Of a stretch of 64,000 bases of DNA, positions 31,541 to 42,931 are shown one piece after another. The first letter of the stretch is position 1; every line of letters begins with the position of its first letter. A model generated the notes under the pieces. It was not told the DNA's origin and ran no database searches. It saw nothing but the letters and a program-made list of their open reading frames with translations. The stretch covers positions 288,001 to 352,000 of the forward strand of contig JAYFMW010000005.1 in the NCBI GenBank assembly GCA_042408215.1, written 5' to 3'. The position numbers and the translations under genes were made by a program. The DNA comes from Microcoleus sp. GTDB lineage: Bacteria; Cyanobacteriota; Cyanobacteriia; Cyanobacteriales; Microcoleaceae.

Positions 31541-31996
31541 TCAATCTAAAATTGTTAGACCTTGAAAATAGTCCTGCAAATGCTTGTCGCTATTATGGCT
31601 GAACTCGCCCTCCGGCAGCGATGTCGGCAAAAAAGCCTCAACCTCGCTGACTTCGAGTGTATCCTGAACCCCCATTTTTCCCTGCACCTCTGCGGCCACA
31701 ACGATACAAATCGAGTGCAGTCGAGGATCGCGATCGGGCTCTGAATATACTCCCACCAAACGGCGGATTTTTACCAGTTCTAGTCCTGTTTCTTCAGCCA
31801 ATTCACGCCGCACTGTTGTGGTAATATTTTCGCCCCAATCCACCATACCTCCCGGCAGTGCCCAGCAACCATTGTCCCGGCGGCGAATTAACACAATTCG
31901 TCCGTCAGGCAATATGGGGATGATGCCAGTACCAGCGATCGGATGTCGAAATATTAGTCCTAGGACAGTTTGGAAAATTTGCCACAATCGACGCAT
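31541..31996 (-). CDS. NUDIX hydrolase
   Basis: Nudix box GGMVDWGE....VRRELAEETG. Confidence 0.92.
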   Translation of the reverse strand: MRRLWQIFQTVLGLIFRHPIAGTGIIPILPDGRIVLIRRRDNGCWALPGGMVDWGENITTTVRRELAEETGLELVKIRRLVGVYSEPDRDPRLHSICIVVAAEVQGKMGVQDTLEVSEVEAFLPTSLPEGEFSHNSDKHLQDYFQGLTILD

Positions 31997-32042
31997 ATAT
32001 TCAAAAACTTTAAGAAAGGGCTGATAGCTGGTAAAAGTATAG

Positions 32043-33335
32043 TCATTTATAGGCATGGGAGGCTTCAAGTCCCTCCCCCTTCACTTTTACTTTGAGCGGA
32101 TTAACCCGCCTCGGCTGAACTACGCAGCTCTCTATCCCATCGCTGAAGGCATTTGGGATTGCTTTTCTGAGGATATTGTACGAAGCGTTGATATCAGAAT
32201 TAATTAACTGACCAGTCGATGTTTTGTACAAACCTCGCTTAATACGCTTACCAGTAAACATTGGCTCTTTTTCTGTTTTCCCGTAGACAGGGATTGGGTC
32301 TAGACCCACGAAGTTGGCCCGCGATGTGTAGGATTCTTCCTGTACAATTACTGTGATTCCTACCAGCCGAGCTTTGTATTCTAACATCTCAATTAATCGA
32401 GAGTGAGGAATACTGACAAAATTTTGATTGGTTTGCTTACCTAGATTGATATCGGTTTTCCACTGTGGATTTTTGCCGATTACCAGCGTTCCAATTTGGT
32501 TCACTACCAAATGGTCAACAATCACACGACTAGCATGATGCAAGTAATTATCAACTTTCTGATTACGACAGCGAGTTAATCGCTGAATTCTGGGTGAGGT
32601 TTGACGATTCCCTTTCAATTGGGATTGTAATCGGGATTTGCGTTTGTTGTAGAACTGGTTAATCGATTTTAATGGTCGCCCGTTAATCAACAAAGGAATA
32701 AATCCCGGTTGATTTGAAGTTAACGCCACTAAGTTATCCAGTCCCAAATCAATACTAGCTACAGAGTTGGCATTGCCAAGGGTGGACTCCGGTTCACTTC
32801 GACTACGCTCAGTACAAGCATCATAAATCACCTCAATTACATAGGAATCACATTTCGGAACCAGTCTAACTTGACAAATCTGGTTGGGATTGACTTGGGT
32901 TTTAATTGAAAGTTCAGTGCCGGAAAGTTTGATAATTCCTTTCTTTAACTGTTTGCTACTAATTGCTTGAATCGTGTAGACGAGAAGGTTTCGCCCTTTG
33001 ACTTTATTTTTGTACTTTGGCAGCTTTGGGCGACCCGTGAATCTTGAAGAGTCAGCTTTGTAAGCTTTAACGGCTTCAAAAAACGATTTCCAATTCTTGT
33101 CTAGCACCATCAAGATTTGCTGACTTACTTTAGCAGGCAAAGCCTTATATGCTTCGTGAGACTTCATCAATCGGTTCATTTCGTTGTAATTGACATAGCC
33201 CCACCCATAAATAAAACTCTGACGAATGACGTAATTGGTGGCATTGTAGAGGTTTTTGGACTTGAAAGCTAATTCGTCAATCTGGACGAAACGATGTTCC
33301 GTTGATTTAATGATGTGCCTCTCTGTTAGCTGCAT
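32043..33335 (-). CDS. tnpB: TnpB, zinc-finger-less type with displaced RuvC glutamate; contains an 8-codon repeat insertion
   Basis: SKNLYN, SIDLG, IGKN, QEESYTS, INSDINAS; TGAC plus CAAG-hairpin left end near 33490-33528; right end not located. Confidence 0.9.
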   Translation of the reverse strand: MQLTERHIIKSTEHRFVQIDELAFKSKNLYNATNYVIRQSFIYGWGYVNYNEMNRLMKSHEAYKALPAKVSQQILMVLDKNWKSFFEAVKAYKADSSRFTGRPKLPKYKNKVKGRNLLVYTIQAISSKQLKKGIIKLSGTELSIKTQVNPNQICQVRLVPKCDSYVIEVIYDACTERSRSEPESTLGNANSVASIDLGLDNLVALTSNQPGFIPLLINGRPLKSINQFYNKRKSRLQSQLKGNRQTSPRIQRLTRCRNQKVDNYLHHASRVIVDHLVVNQIGTLVIGKNPQWKTDINLGKQTNQNFVSIPHSRLIEMLEYKARLVGITVIVQEESYTSRANFVGLDPIPVYGKTEKEPMFTGKRIKRGLYKTSTGQLINSDINASYNILRKAIPNAFSDGIESCVVQPRRVNPLKVKVKGEGLEASHAYK

Positions 33336-33762
33336 TTGAGACTTCCGTTCTTTGGGCTGTGCGTATTTCTTGTTCAACACTCATAGCGATATGATACCAT
33401 TATTGTTTATAATTGCTTATAAACTCAACGAAGTTTTACAATACCAAACACTACAATATATTCTGATGAAAATATAGTATGATATTTTGCCCTAGAAGGG
33501 CGACGCTTGAAACCCAATTTTTTGGTCAGGAGCTAAATCGCCTGGATTAAGTATCATTTGTCATATTTGTCAATAGTTTGTTGATTTTTTTTTAGCTTGG
33601 CCTGTAGCCTGCTATGATTTACAAGTCACGCTGTCTGTTAGATGTATTCCTGAATTCAGGAATATTAGTTATGATGACAGATCGCAGGTAAAGCCGAAGT
33701 AAGGCTTAGAGGCTGCTTTGACAGCAGCCGTTTTATTGTTGTTTATTAGTGATGAGGTCAGA

Positions 33763-33954
33763 ATGGCTAAACGCCGTAATCTCAAGAAAGAGAAGGCACA
33801 ACGAAATCAAGCATACGCCCGCAAGTTTCGCAAGCGCAGAAATCAAGATATGTTCTCTAACAAGAGAAGACGATTTGACGGAGGCAACGGTGGTGGCATG
33901 GGCGCCATGACTGGCGGCGGCAGAGACAAAGATATGGCTGCCGCTGAAGATTAA
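33763..33954 (+). CDS. Small basic hypothetical protein
   Basis: [32 protein letters not shown]. Confidence 0.7.
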   Translation: MAKRRNLKKEKAQRNQAYARKFRKRRNQDMFSNKRRRFDGGNGGGMGAMTGGGRDKDMAAAED

Positions 33955-35339
33955 TCGCTGAGCCGATCGCGCGCAGCAATCAGTGATTTCCTCACTTGTT
34001 CAAACCCGGTACCCCCGTAACTATTGCGAGCCGCTACCACTTGCTGAGGTGCGATCGCGCTGTAAATGTCTGTCTCAAAAGCTGGGTGCAATTCTTTCCA
34101 CTCCTCAAGTGTCAAATCTTTGAGGAGTTTGCCCCCCAACAGGCAAGTTTTGACAACTTTGCCCACGAGGTTGTAAGCTTCCCGGAAGGGAACGCCTTTA
34201 GTTGCTAGGTAGTCTGCTACATCTGTAGCATTAGAAAAGTCTTCTGTAACAGCCGCGGCGAGGCGATCGCTGTTAAACGCGATTCCTTCCCGCAGCAAAA
34301 TCGTCATTGCTTCCAAACAAGCTTGTACCGTTTTCACGCTGTCAAACAAAGCTTCTTTATCTTCTTGCAAATCTTTGTTATAGGCCAAAGGCAGTCCCTT
34401 CATCACTACCAGCATAGCCTGCAAGTGACCGAAAACTCGCCCCGCCTTACCCCGCACCAATTCTGGAACGTCAGGATTTTTTTTCTGGGGCATAATGCTC
34501 GAACCCGTAGCGCAGCTATCTTTGAGCGAGATAAACCCAAATTCGTGAGACGACCAGAGAATCATTTCTTCTGACAAGCGGCTCAGGTGTACCATAATCA
34601 GACTGGCTGCTGCGAGAAATTCGATCGCAAAATCTCGATCGCTAACTCCATCTAAGCTATTAGCATAAACTTTGTCAAAATGCAATAGTTCGGCGGTATA
34701 ATGTCGGTCGATCGGGAAAGTCGTCCCCGCCAGAGCACTCGAACCCAGAGGCGAAATATTTACCCGCTTGTAGACATCGCCGAGGCGTTCCCAGTCGCGA
34801 TCGCTCATTTCAAAATAAGCTAACAGGTAATGAGCCAAACTAATCGGCTGAGCGCGCTGCAAGTGCGTGTAACCAGGGATTAAAGTTTCCACGTTCAGCT
34901 CAGCAATATCTAGCAAAACAGCTTGAAATTCTCGTAATTGCTCGCGAATTTGTGTGATTTGGTCGCGCAAATACAAGCGAGTATCAGTACCAGCTTGATC
35001 GTTGCGCGATCGAGCCGTGTGCAGCTTTTTTCCTGCATCGCCGACGATTTCCGTCAGCCGCTTTTCTACTGCAAAATGAACGTCTTCTGAGTCAATTCCC
35101 GGTACAAACAGTCCTTGTTGATATTCCCGACGAATCTGTTCCAAACCATTGACCAACTGTTCGCCTTCTGCTGCTGAAATAATCCCAGTTTTCGCCAGCA
35201 TCTTAGCATGAGCGACGGAACCAGTCAAGTCGTACTCAATCAGTTCAATGTCAAAGCCAATACTAGCATTAAATCGTGCGATCGCTGGGTGCAGCGCCGA
35301 TTCAAATCTTTGACTCCAGGTTGTTTGTGGTGTTGTCAT
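33951..35339 (-). CDS. argH: Argininosuccinate lyase
   Basis: [28 protein letters not shown]. Confidence 0.98.
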   Translation of the reverse strand: MTTPQTTWSQRFESALHPAIARFNASIGFDIELIEYDLTGSVAHAKMLAKTGIISAAEGEQLVNGLEQIRREYQQGLFVPGIDSEDVHFAVEKRLTEIVGDAGKKLHTARSRNDQAGTDTRLYLRDQITQIREQLREFQAVLLDIAELNVETLIPGYTHLQRAQPISLAHYLLAYFEMSDRDWERLGDVYKRVNISPLGSSALAGTTFPIDRHYTAELLHFDKVYANSLDGVSDRDFAIEFLAAASLIMVHLSRLSEEMILWSSHEFGFISLKDSCATGSSIMPQKKNPDVPELVRGKAGRVFGHLQAMLVVMKGLPLAYNKDLQEDKEALFDSVKTVQACLEAMTILLREGIAFNSDRLAAAVTEDFSNATDVADYLATKGVPFREAYNLVGKVVKTCLLGGKLLKDLTLEEWKELHPAFETDIYSAIAPQQVVAARNSYGGTGFEQVRKSLIAARDRLSD

Positions 35340-35396
35340 TTGTGAATGTAAAACTAGATGATCTCTTTGACAAAAGGCTATGAAAACCTTTCTGTA

Positions 35397-36769
35397 TTGA
35401 CACTCCTCGGCTATCAGGCACGAGGATTCTTGGTTCAGTCAGTCGGCTTGCCCGTTGATGTCATCACCAACGAGTAGAGGTCGTTCTGTCCCCAAGCGTT
35501 AATTCCGGTGTGCCCCACCGTATTTAGATTAATTCCTGCACGGGCTTTCAATCCTTTTGCCAGAATATTCAAAGCTGCATTATGGTCACGGTCTAATACC
35601 GCCCCACATCCGCAAATATGAGTTCTGACCGACAACGATTTTTTAACAGTATTGCCACAGGCTGAACAATCCTGGGAAGTGTACTGAGGAGCAACAGCAA
35701 CTACTGTTTTACCGTACACTTTTCCAAAATATTCTAACCATTGAGCAAACTGTGACCAAGCTGCATCGCTAATTGATTTTGCAAGCTTATGGTTTTTCAC
35801 CATATTCCGCACCTGAAGATCTTCGTAGGCTACGAAATCGCTAGATTTCACTACGCACAACGCCGTCTTTATGGCGAAGTCTTTGCGTTGCCTACTGACT
35901 TTTAGGTGTTTCTTTCCTAACTTGTTAATTGCCTTCTTACGATTACTAGAACCTTTCTTTTTTCGAGAAACTCGTTTCTGTATTCGCTTTAAAGCTTTTT
36001 CACTTTTACGGAGATGTCGAGGATTTGGAACTGTTGCCCCGGTACTATCGGTGTAGAAATGGTTTAAACCTACATCTATTCCAATAGCTTTGCCAGTAGT
36101 AATAGATGCCTCTGTCCGTTCTACATTTATACAAAACTGAGCGTAATAGCCGTCGGCACGACGAACTACCCTGATTCGCTTAATCTCGTCAGGTGAATAA
36201 AAGTGCAAGTCTCGACTACCGAGTAACTTGAATTTTCCAGCAGCGAAGCCGTCTTTAAACGTCAAACATCTTTTGTCGTTAGAAAGCGACCAACCGGACT
36301 GTTTGTACTCTACGGAACGAGTATGTTTCTTGAACTGTGGGTATCCTTTTTTCCCTGGTTTTTTGGCTTGGCAATTAGCAAAAAAACGTTGGATAGCAAA
36401 AATAGCACGCTCCGCCGAAGCTTGACGTGCTGTTGAGTTAAGTTTACCTGCCCATTCAAACTCTTTCGCCATGATGGCGCATTGTTTGTATAGATCGACT
36501 AGCTTAACTCCTTGATTGTCGATCCAGTGCCTAAGAGTTTTATTTCGGACAAATTGCGCTGTGCGGATCATTTCGTCGATCATCCGGTATTGCTGCGATT
36601 TGCCTTTTAATTTAAACTCTAGTACAATCATGCTATTATTCTCTCGTTTTTCCAGAGCATTGTATTCACAAAGTGCATATATTTAAGAATTGTTTACACT
36701 TTGTGGAAATTAAAGCCGTCCTAGAAGGACGGGGCTTTAGCCCTCCGCTACGCTCCGCCCAAATTTTTG
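35397..36769 (-). mobile_element. IS1341-type (tnpB-only) IS605-family element
   Basis: TTAC target at 36773-36770, AAAG hairpin left end, GAAT-hairpin-TCAA right end. Confidence 0.92.
35435..36631 (-). CDS. tnpB: RNA-guided endonuclease TnpB, apparently intact
   Basis: [29 protein letters not shown]. Confidence 0.95.
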   Translation of the reverse strand: MIVLEFKLKGKSQQYRMIDEMIRTAQFVRNKTLRHWIDNQGVKLVDLYKQCAIMAKEFEWAGKLNSTARQASAERAIFAIQRFFANCQAKKPGKKGYPQFKKHTRSVEYKQSGWSLSNDKRCLTFKDGFAAGKFKLLGSRDLHFYSPDEIKRIRVVRRADGYYAQFCINVERTEASITTGKAIGIDVGLNHFYTDSTGATVPNPRHLRKSEKALKRIQKRVSRKKKGSSNRKKAINKLGKKHLKVSRQRKDFAIKTALCVVKSSDFVAYEDLQVRNMVKNHKLAKSISDAAWSQFAQWLEYFGKVYGKTVVAVAPQYTSQDCSACGNTVKKSLSVRTHICGCGAVLDRDHNAALNILAKGLKARAGINLNTVGHTGINAWGQNDLYSLVMTSTGKPTD

Positions 36770-36957
36770 GTAAAGACTTTAATCCTGACTACGGTTTGTA
36801 GTCAAGACTACATTCCTGGCTATTTTGTGATGTAATAAAGGACTAAAGTCCTGACTACCAACTTTAGAGATTTTGGCGATCGGCTCCTTTCACTAATAAC
36901 TCACAACAGTCCTTACCGTCTACCCTTGCCTAATACTTCCAATTCCCAACCACAAAT

Positions 36958-37200
36958 CTAATGTCTGATAATCCCTTTAATGAACCAGCCGATAAAAATA
37001 CCGATAAAAAAAGCTCCTATTTGACCGGTAGAAACAAAATGGTTCCAAGCTTTTTGGAAATTAGTAAAAATCTCGTAGCTTTGACCCAACAGCACTGTCG
37101 AACTTAAATGAGATTTCCCAACTAACAAATGAGCCAGATCGTTCCCATGAATCGAACCAGTCAATGCAACAGTAATTTCCGGCATTAAATTAACTATCAT
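36958..37200 (-). CDS. Small membrane hypothetical protein
   Basis: Start overlaps the upstream stop; C-terminal GQIGAFFIGIFIGWF helix. Confidence 0.6.
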   Translation of the reverse strand: MIVNLMPEITVALTGSIHGNDLAHLLVGKSHLSSTVLLGQSYEIFTNFQKAWNHFVSTGQIGAFFIGIFIGWFIKGIIRH

Positions 37201-38677
37201 TTTTATTTTCTTCTGTGGAATTTTTAACTCTGAGTACAACCAGAGTCATGTCATCTTCATTACGGTTACCGATGCCGATAAACTGGTGAACGCGATCGAA
37301 CAAATAATCCAAAATTTTTTCAGAGTCCTGATAATTTTGACAAGCCCACTGAAAAGCAGCCGTCAAGTTTTCCTCATCAAAGCGATCGCCCCTTTGATTA
37401 GCAGCATCCGTAAAGCCATCAGTGTAATAAATAATAGTATCTCCAGGCTGCAATTGCACTTGTGCTTCTTGGTAGCGCGAATCAGCATCCAAGCCAATTA
37501 GCATCCCTTCGAGAGTATCGAGCCGCTCAATAGAATTAGTTGCAGCTTGCCAAAGCAAAGGTGGGTGATGAGCCGCATTGCTGTAAGATAAAACGCGAGT
37601 TTTGGGGTCATACTCCGAATAAAACAGAGTCACGAAACGGTGAGAATTTTCCAAATCCGCGTGCATTACCCGGTTTAAATGTTGCAGAATTATCGACGGC
37701 GAATGGCGGTTCAAAACCTCCGCCCGCAGCATCCCCCGGGTCATCGTCATCAGCAGGCCTGCTGGCACGCCTTTGCCCATGACATCACCGATCGCAATAC
37801 TCCAGCGACCCTTGTCGATTTTGGACTTCAGATTTTGGATCGGGGATGGGGGGTTTTCACCCTCACGATCCTGACCTATGGGGTCATAGTCAGCGGGAAT
37901 AAAATCATAATAATCTCCGCCAACTCTGCTAGCTGGTAGACAGCGAGCAGCCACATCAAGGCCGGGAATTTTCGGGCAGCTACGGGGCAGCAGTCGCACT
38001 TGAATTTCAGCGCCAATTTCCAATTCTCGGTCTAAGCGCTCTTTCTCGCCCAACTTAGCAGTAAGTTCGTCTTTCGAGATAGCGACTGCGGTTTGATCTG
38101 CCACTAGGCGGACTAATTTTTGTCTCCCTGGCGTCCACACATATTGCGGGTCACTGCTAAAAACATAAAGCCGTCCCCGTTCCAAATTCTTCAGCAAAAT
38201 TGGTGCCCCAAACAAGTGAACGTCCTGGCCCAAATAGCGACTGACGTGAATGTCGAGACTAGATATTTGCCCAGAGGTTTCGGAAATAACTTCTGCTGCG
38301 CTGGGCGAATTTGCTGTAACTTGCCTCGTTGCGATTTCCAGCGCTTTTCGCATATCTTGGCACTGCCGTCCTTCCTGACAGTGCAACTGCTGGAATCTGA
38401 CTTGACCGTTGGGCTTGAACAGCACCAAAGCTCCCCCATCGGCATCGGTAATCCGAGTAGCCACCAAAGGAACCAACTCCAAAAATTGGTTGAGATTGTT
38501 AAAACTTCGCAGGGCAAAGGAGAGCGAACTCAACATATCTTGAACGTTGTGCTGGTATCGATGCAAGCGCGCCACCAGTTCTTTGAGTGCGAAGACTGGC
38601 GTCACGTCGGTCGAATTGCGACCGGGAGGGCGGTCAGCAGGTTGAGGTGAGGAGCGAGACAAAGGCACAGCAGTCAT
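37190..38677 (-). CDS. GAF-like plus SpoIIE/PP2C protein phosphatase
   Basis: VGGDYYD, GDVMGKG, YTDG, DDMT. Confidence 0.93.
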   Translation of the reverse strand: MTAVPLSRSSPQPADRPPGRNSTDVTPVFALKELVARLHRYQHNVQDMLSSLSFALRSFNNLNQFLELVPLVATRITDADGGALVLFKPNGQVRFQQLHCQEGRQCQDMRKALEIATRQVTANSPSAAEVISETSGQISSLDIHVSRYLGQDVHLFGAPILLKNLERGRLYVFSSDPQYVWTPGRQKLVRLVADQTAVAISKDELTAKLGEKERLDRELEIGAEIQVRLLPRSCPKIPGLDVAARCLPASRVGGDYYDFIPADYDPIGQDREGENPPSPIQNLKSKIDKGRWSIAIGDVMGKGVPAGLLMTMTRGMLRAEVLNRHSPSIILQHLNRVMHADLENSHRFVTLFYSEYDPKTRVLSYSNAAHHPPLLWQAATNSIERLDTLEGMLIGLDADSRYQEAQVQLQPGDTIIYYTDGFTDAANQRGDRFDEENLTAAFQWACQNYQDSEKILDYLFDRVHQFIGIGNRNEDDMTLVVLRVKNSTEENKNDS

Positions 38678-38867
38678 TCAATTTTGGATTTTGGATTTTG
38701 GATTTTAGATTGTCCCCATGAATGAATCCAGGGGCTGGCAAATTTGGGATTTTAGATTTTGGATGAGATTTTAGATTCAAGGATTTTAATTGGTCTTAGT
38801 CCTGAGATTGCGCTCCCGTGTGTCCGTCCCAAGAATTTGGGACGGCTGCATCCTCTCAATCAAAAAT

Positions 38868-40616
38868 CTAAAATCTAAAATCGAGCAGGGCTTCAACAAA
38901 CTCGTAACTAGAAAACGGGCGCAGGTCTTCGATGCTTTCCCCTACTCCAATAAAGCGGATCGGCAGGCCTAGTTGCTGCACCACTGCTAGAGCAACACCA
39001 CCTTTAGCAGATCCATCGAGTTTTGTCAAGACTACTCCGCTCAATTTTGCAGATTCTGCGAAAACTTCCGCCTGTCGCAAACCATTTTGACCCAGTGTGG
39101 CATCCAAGACCAGTAGAGATTCTACGGTAGCACTAGGAGCTTTTTTATCTACAATGCGACGGATTTTGCTTAGTTCGTCCATGAGATTTTTTTTGTTTTG
39201 CAGGCGGCCGGCGGTGTCTACGATCAGCAGTTCTGTGCCTCTGGCGGTGGCGGCGGCGATCGCATCAAATACGACAGCAGCCGGATCGGTATTTTTCCCC
39301 TCGTTGGCAATAATTTCGACACCGCTACGACTTCCCCAAACTTTTACTTGTTCGACGGCGGCCGCCCGGAAAGTATCGGCGGCGGCAATTAAGGTTTTGT
39401 AGCCGGACTTTTGGGCAATGTGGGCCAATTTGCCGATCGTCGTAGTTTTGCCAGCACCGTTAACTCCTACGATCAACCAGATATTAAACGTATCTTTTTC
39501 TGGGGCAAAAGTCAGGCTGTAAGCGGGATTGCCGATCGCGCTTTGGGCACAGGGTGCATCGAGGATGTCGCGCAGAATAGTTTTGAGGTAGGCTAGGGCC
39601 TGTTCTGGCGGTAGCACTTCTTCTCTGAGTCTGGCTTGGAGGCGACTGATAATAATGTCGGTGGCTGCGACTCCGACATCGGCTTGCAGCAACAAAGTCT
39701 CAATTTCCGCCACTGCGTCTTCATTCAGCGGGCCTTGACCGACGATCGCCTTGAGTCGATTAATTAAGCTGCGGCGAGTTCTTTCTAAACCTTGGCGCAG
39801 CTTTTGCAGCCAAGTGATTTCTTCGACAGATACTTGATCGGGGCGGCGGCCTTGACTGGCCAAGATTTCCGAAGACCAGAGGAAGCCTTCATCAAAGGCA
39901 AAACCGGGAATTTCTTCGATAATTGCTGCTCTGGCTGCCGCTTCTGCAATTACCTCTGGTTCTTCAATGGCGGTTTCTTTGAGGCGTTCGATGCGTTCCA
40001 TTCGATCGGCCTGAGCTCTTGCCCAAAATGGCAGGGGTTCAGCATCGGAGGCGATATCAGGGGCGATCGGTGTTTCTGCGACTGTGGTTACAGGTTCGGA
40101 AATTTCTAAATTTTGTTGTATAGGAACTTCTATTTTTTCAGCAACTGGACTGGCAATTTCGGGCGACGAAGCTGCTGTTTCGGGAATTTCTGGAGTTTTT
40201 GGGGTTGGTTCGGCTTCTGTCGCTATTGGGGCTTCTGGCGGCTCTGCAATTGGTAGAGCTTCCGAGTCGAGGGCTGCGGGTTCGGCAGCAATTTCCACAA
40301 CTTCGGGTTCTGTAGTTTCTGAAACTTCTACTGCGACTGCTGTTTCTGCTGGCGGAACGGGGGTTTCTGCTGTCTCGGAAACTTCTGCTTCGGGTTTTTG
40401 CTGTTTTTGAATATTTTTGTAAGCAGCTTTAGCCCAATTGAGATAATCTTCGGCTACGGCGGGAGAGCTTGGCTCTGCTGCGGTTGGTGTGGCTGCATCT
40501 GTTTGAGGATCAACCGGAGGGGATTTGGCCGGCGAGTCTTGGAGTTGTTCGGGTGCTGTCTCTTTTTCAGAAGATCCGCTTTCACTGTATTGACGACGAA
40601 ACCAATTAAAAACCAT
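38868..40616 (-). CDS. ftsY: SRP receptor FtsY
   Basis: Acidic N-terminus, GVNGAGKTTT, DTAGR, TKLDGSAKGG. Confidence 0.97.
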   Translation of the reverse strand: MVFNWFRRQYSESGSSEKETAPEQLQDSPAKSPPVDPQTDAATPTAAEPSSPAVAEDYLNWAKAAYKNIQKQQKPEAEVSETAETPVPPAETAVAVEVSETTEPEVVEIAAEPAALDSEALPIAEPPEAPIATEAEPTPKTPEIPETAASSPEIASPVAEKIEVPIQQNLEISEPVTTVAETPIAPDIASDAEPLPFWARAQADRMERIERLKETAIEEPEVIAEAAARAAIIEEIPGFAFDEGFLWSSEILASQGRRPDQVSVEEITWLQKLRQGLERTRRSLINRLKAIVGQGPLNEDAVAEIETLLLQADVGVAATDIIISRLQARLREEVLPPEQALAYLKTILRDILDAPCAQSAIGNPAYSLTFAPEKDTFNIWLIVGVNGAGKTTTIGKLAHIAQKSGYKTLIAAADTFRAAAVEQVKVWGSRSGVEIIANEGKNTDPAAVVFDAIAAATARGTELLIVDTAGRLQNKKNLMDELSKIRRIVDKKAPSATVESLLVLDATLGQNGLRQAEVFAESAKLSGVVLTKLDGSAKGGVALAVVQQLGLPIRFIGVGESIEDLRPFSSYEFVEALLDFRF

Positions 40617-40619
40617 AGC

Positions 40620-40865
40620 AGGAAATGGGGAATAGGGAATAGTTATTAGTCATGAGTCATGAGTCATGAGTCATTAGTCATTGGTCATTGGTCATTGGTT
40701 ATTGGTCATTGGTTATTGGTCAGTTGCTACCAATAACTAATAACTAATAACTAATAGACATCTCCTAAAAAGCCTGTCACAAACAGGCAGGATGCCTGTT
40801 CCACAAGAAATATGGGAGATGTCTAATAACTAATGACTAATAACTAATGACTAATGACTATTGAC
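40620..40865. repeat. STRR tract with an embedded ~70-bp palindromic element (40755-40825)
   Basis: Heptamers; TAGACATCTCC...GGAGATGTCTA inverted ends. Confidence 0.8.
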
Positions 40866-41497
40866 TAATGACGAATGGCTTCTGCATTAATTTTATCGAC
40901 TACTCGGCGGAGGACTCCGTTGATGAACCGATGTCCTTCGTCGCCGCTGTAGCGTTTGGCTAGTTGGACGGCTTCGTTGACGCCGACTTGTTCGGGTAAG
41001 CCGAGAAATAGGATTTCGGCGATCGCGATTCTCATGATATCTCGATCGATCCTGGGCAACCGTTCTATTTGCCAGTCTACGAGGGATTCTTTGATCAATT
41101 CGTCAATTTGAGGGCGATTGCTGCTAACTTTCCCGAGGATTTGCAAAGCATAGGTGCGAACATCTTGCTGGTTGGCTAGCTGGATGATTTCGGGAAACTC
41201 CATCGCTGCGGCGAGACGGTCGATCGCGGTTTCGGTGAGTTCGACGGCTTCGCGCACCATTGCTCTAGCGCTTTGGACGTCAGGGGCGCGGATTTCGCTG
41301 GCGAGGAGCTTGTCGCTACCCCGCTGCACTTCGGCGGCGGCGGTTGAGAGGGCTTCTTGAACTTCAGTAGTCAGGGTGCGGATGGCGGCGAGGACGACAT
41401 CTTGCAGTTTCTTGGCTTCTAATAGTTCTGGATTGGCTGGAAGTTGGCTGATGCCGAGGAGTGCTAGTTCGCGTGCGATTTCGCGGGCTTTTTTCAT
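40865..41497 (-). CDS. nusB: Transcription antitermination factor NusB
   Basis: ARELAL, DRDIMR, NEAVQLAKRYS, FINGVL. Confidence 0.95.
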   Translation of the reverse strand: MKKAREIARELALLGISQLPANPELLEAKKLQDVVLAAIRTLTTEVQEALSTAAAEVQRGSDKLLASEIRAPDVQSARAMVREAVELTETAIDRLAAAMEFPEIIQLANQQDVRTYALQILGKVSSNRPQIDELIKESLVDWQIERLPRIDRDIMRIAIAEILFLGLPEQVGVNEAVQLAKRYSGDEGHRFINGVLRRVVDKINAEAIRH

Positions 41498-41703
41498 AGT
41501 TTTTAGAGTTTTTAGATAAGAATTGGGGATTTAGGAATTTTGGAGATTCGTAGGCGCTGGTTTAGCGCATAGACTTGAACTTTAGCAGAAAAATTATGCA
41601 CAAAGACCGCCCTCTCTCTCAGTCGGGGCTGGTTTTGGACAAGTTTTATCTTTTATTAGAAAGTTTACCCGCTCAAAGGGCCCCTACGGGTTTAGATATT
41701 GCT

Positions 41704-42429
41704 TTAATCTTCTTCTACTGGTACGGGCTGGTATCTTGATTCAGATACTAAGGGTTCGAGTATCTTACCCGTGGTGTTGTCGGTAGTTACTGGTATTGAG
41801 TTGTTGGGGTTGACGATTCCACCGGAGATGATGACTTTAAAGGCATCTTCGATCGACATCGAAAGATTGACCACATCGGCTTCTGGAACAATAGCGTACC
41901 ATCCGGTGGTGGGGTTTGGTGTGGTGGGGATGAAAATGCCGATCGGAGTTTCGCCGGCCAGGTGAGAGGGCAGATCGTTACTCTCGATCGTACCGGTCAC
42001 AAATGCCAAAGTCCAGATTCCCCGGCGGGGATACTCCACTAACACCACCCGACGAAATTTGTCGTTTGATTTGAGGATGGTTGCTAGCAGTTGTTTTAGG
42101 GTTTTATAAACCGATCCCGCTAGGGGAATTGCCTGCAACAGCCGTTCACCAAAGTCTAGCAGCCACTTCCCGAAGATGTTGCGGGCCATGAGACCGATGA
42201 CTAAAATGCTCAGCAGGGGTACAGCCAGCCCTACTAAGAAATTCAGCAGATTCACCAAAATCGGATGGAGTCCGTCAAAGGGGTTGATCTGCTTGGGAAT
42301 TTTCGTGAGAAAATTGATCACCCAACTGGCGATCGTAATTGTCAGCCAGATGGTGGTAGCTAAGGGGATCACTACCAGCAGACCTGCGATGAGGTCATTT
42401 TTTAAGTCTTGTTTGATGCGTTGGAGCAC
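41704..42429 (-). CDS. DUF502 membrane protein
   Basis: LIAGLLVVIPL, VLVEYPR, FIPTTPNPTTG. Confidence 0.9.
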   Translation of the reverse strand: MLQRIKQDLKNDLIAGLLVVIPLATTIWLTITIASWVINFLTKIPKQINPFDGLHPILVNLLNFLVGLAVPLLSILVIGLMARNIFGKWLLDFGERLLQAIPLAGSVYKTLKQLLATILKSNDKFRRVVLVEYPRRGIWTLAFVTGTIESNDLPSHLAGETPIGIFIPTTPNPTTGWYAIVPEADVVNLSMSIEDAFKVIISGGIVNPNNSIPVTTDNTTGKILEPLVSESRYQPVPVEED

Positions 42430-42831
42430 GGGTGGTCAACTCTCCTCGTAACTGGCTGCAAATAACGTGAACAAACCTGAGACTAAAGAAACTGCACGGG
42501 CGAAGAGTAGAAGTCGCCATTTTTATTGTCTTCTATCCCGTCTATGCCACGCCCTTTCCTCAAGGAAGAGTTAGGGGTCGGTGGTGCTGTACTGATATTG
42601 TAAAGAATTATTGCAACTTGGCCGCTGCCTGTTAAGTGTATATTTTAAGACATTTTGGCTCGGAATTTACAAGTGAGCCAAGAGGGGAGAGGCGGCGCGG
42701 GTTGGGGATGTCCTACAGGGTTGCGAGTGTGGCGAGTGCAGGGGATTAATTGAGCGATCGAGATTTTCCAGACTATAGCTTGAGTTGAACTTGCGCTCCT
42801 CCTAATGTACTGCTGAAATCTTTGACTTTAA

Positions 42832-42931
42832 CAGGACTTACGCATGGGGGCCAAAAACCCGGTTTCTGCGTCAATACTTATCGAAAAAGTGACGATTTTT
42901 GTCAGAAACCGGGTTTTTTGCGTAAGCCCTA
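42832..42931. mobile_element. MITE-like palindromic element
   Basis: AGGACTTACGCA...TGCGTAAGCCCT ends; internal AAACCCGGTTTCT/AGAAACCGGGTTT. Confidence 0.7.
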
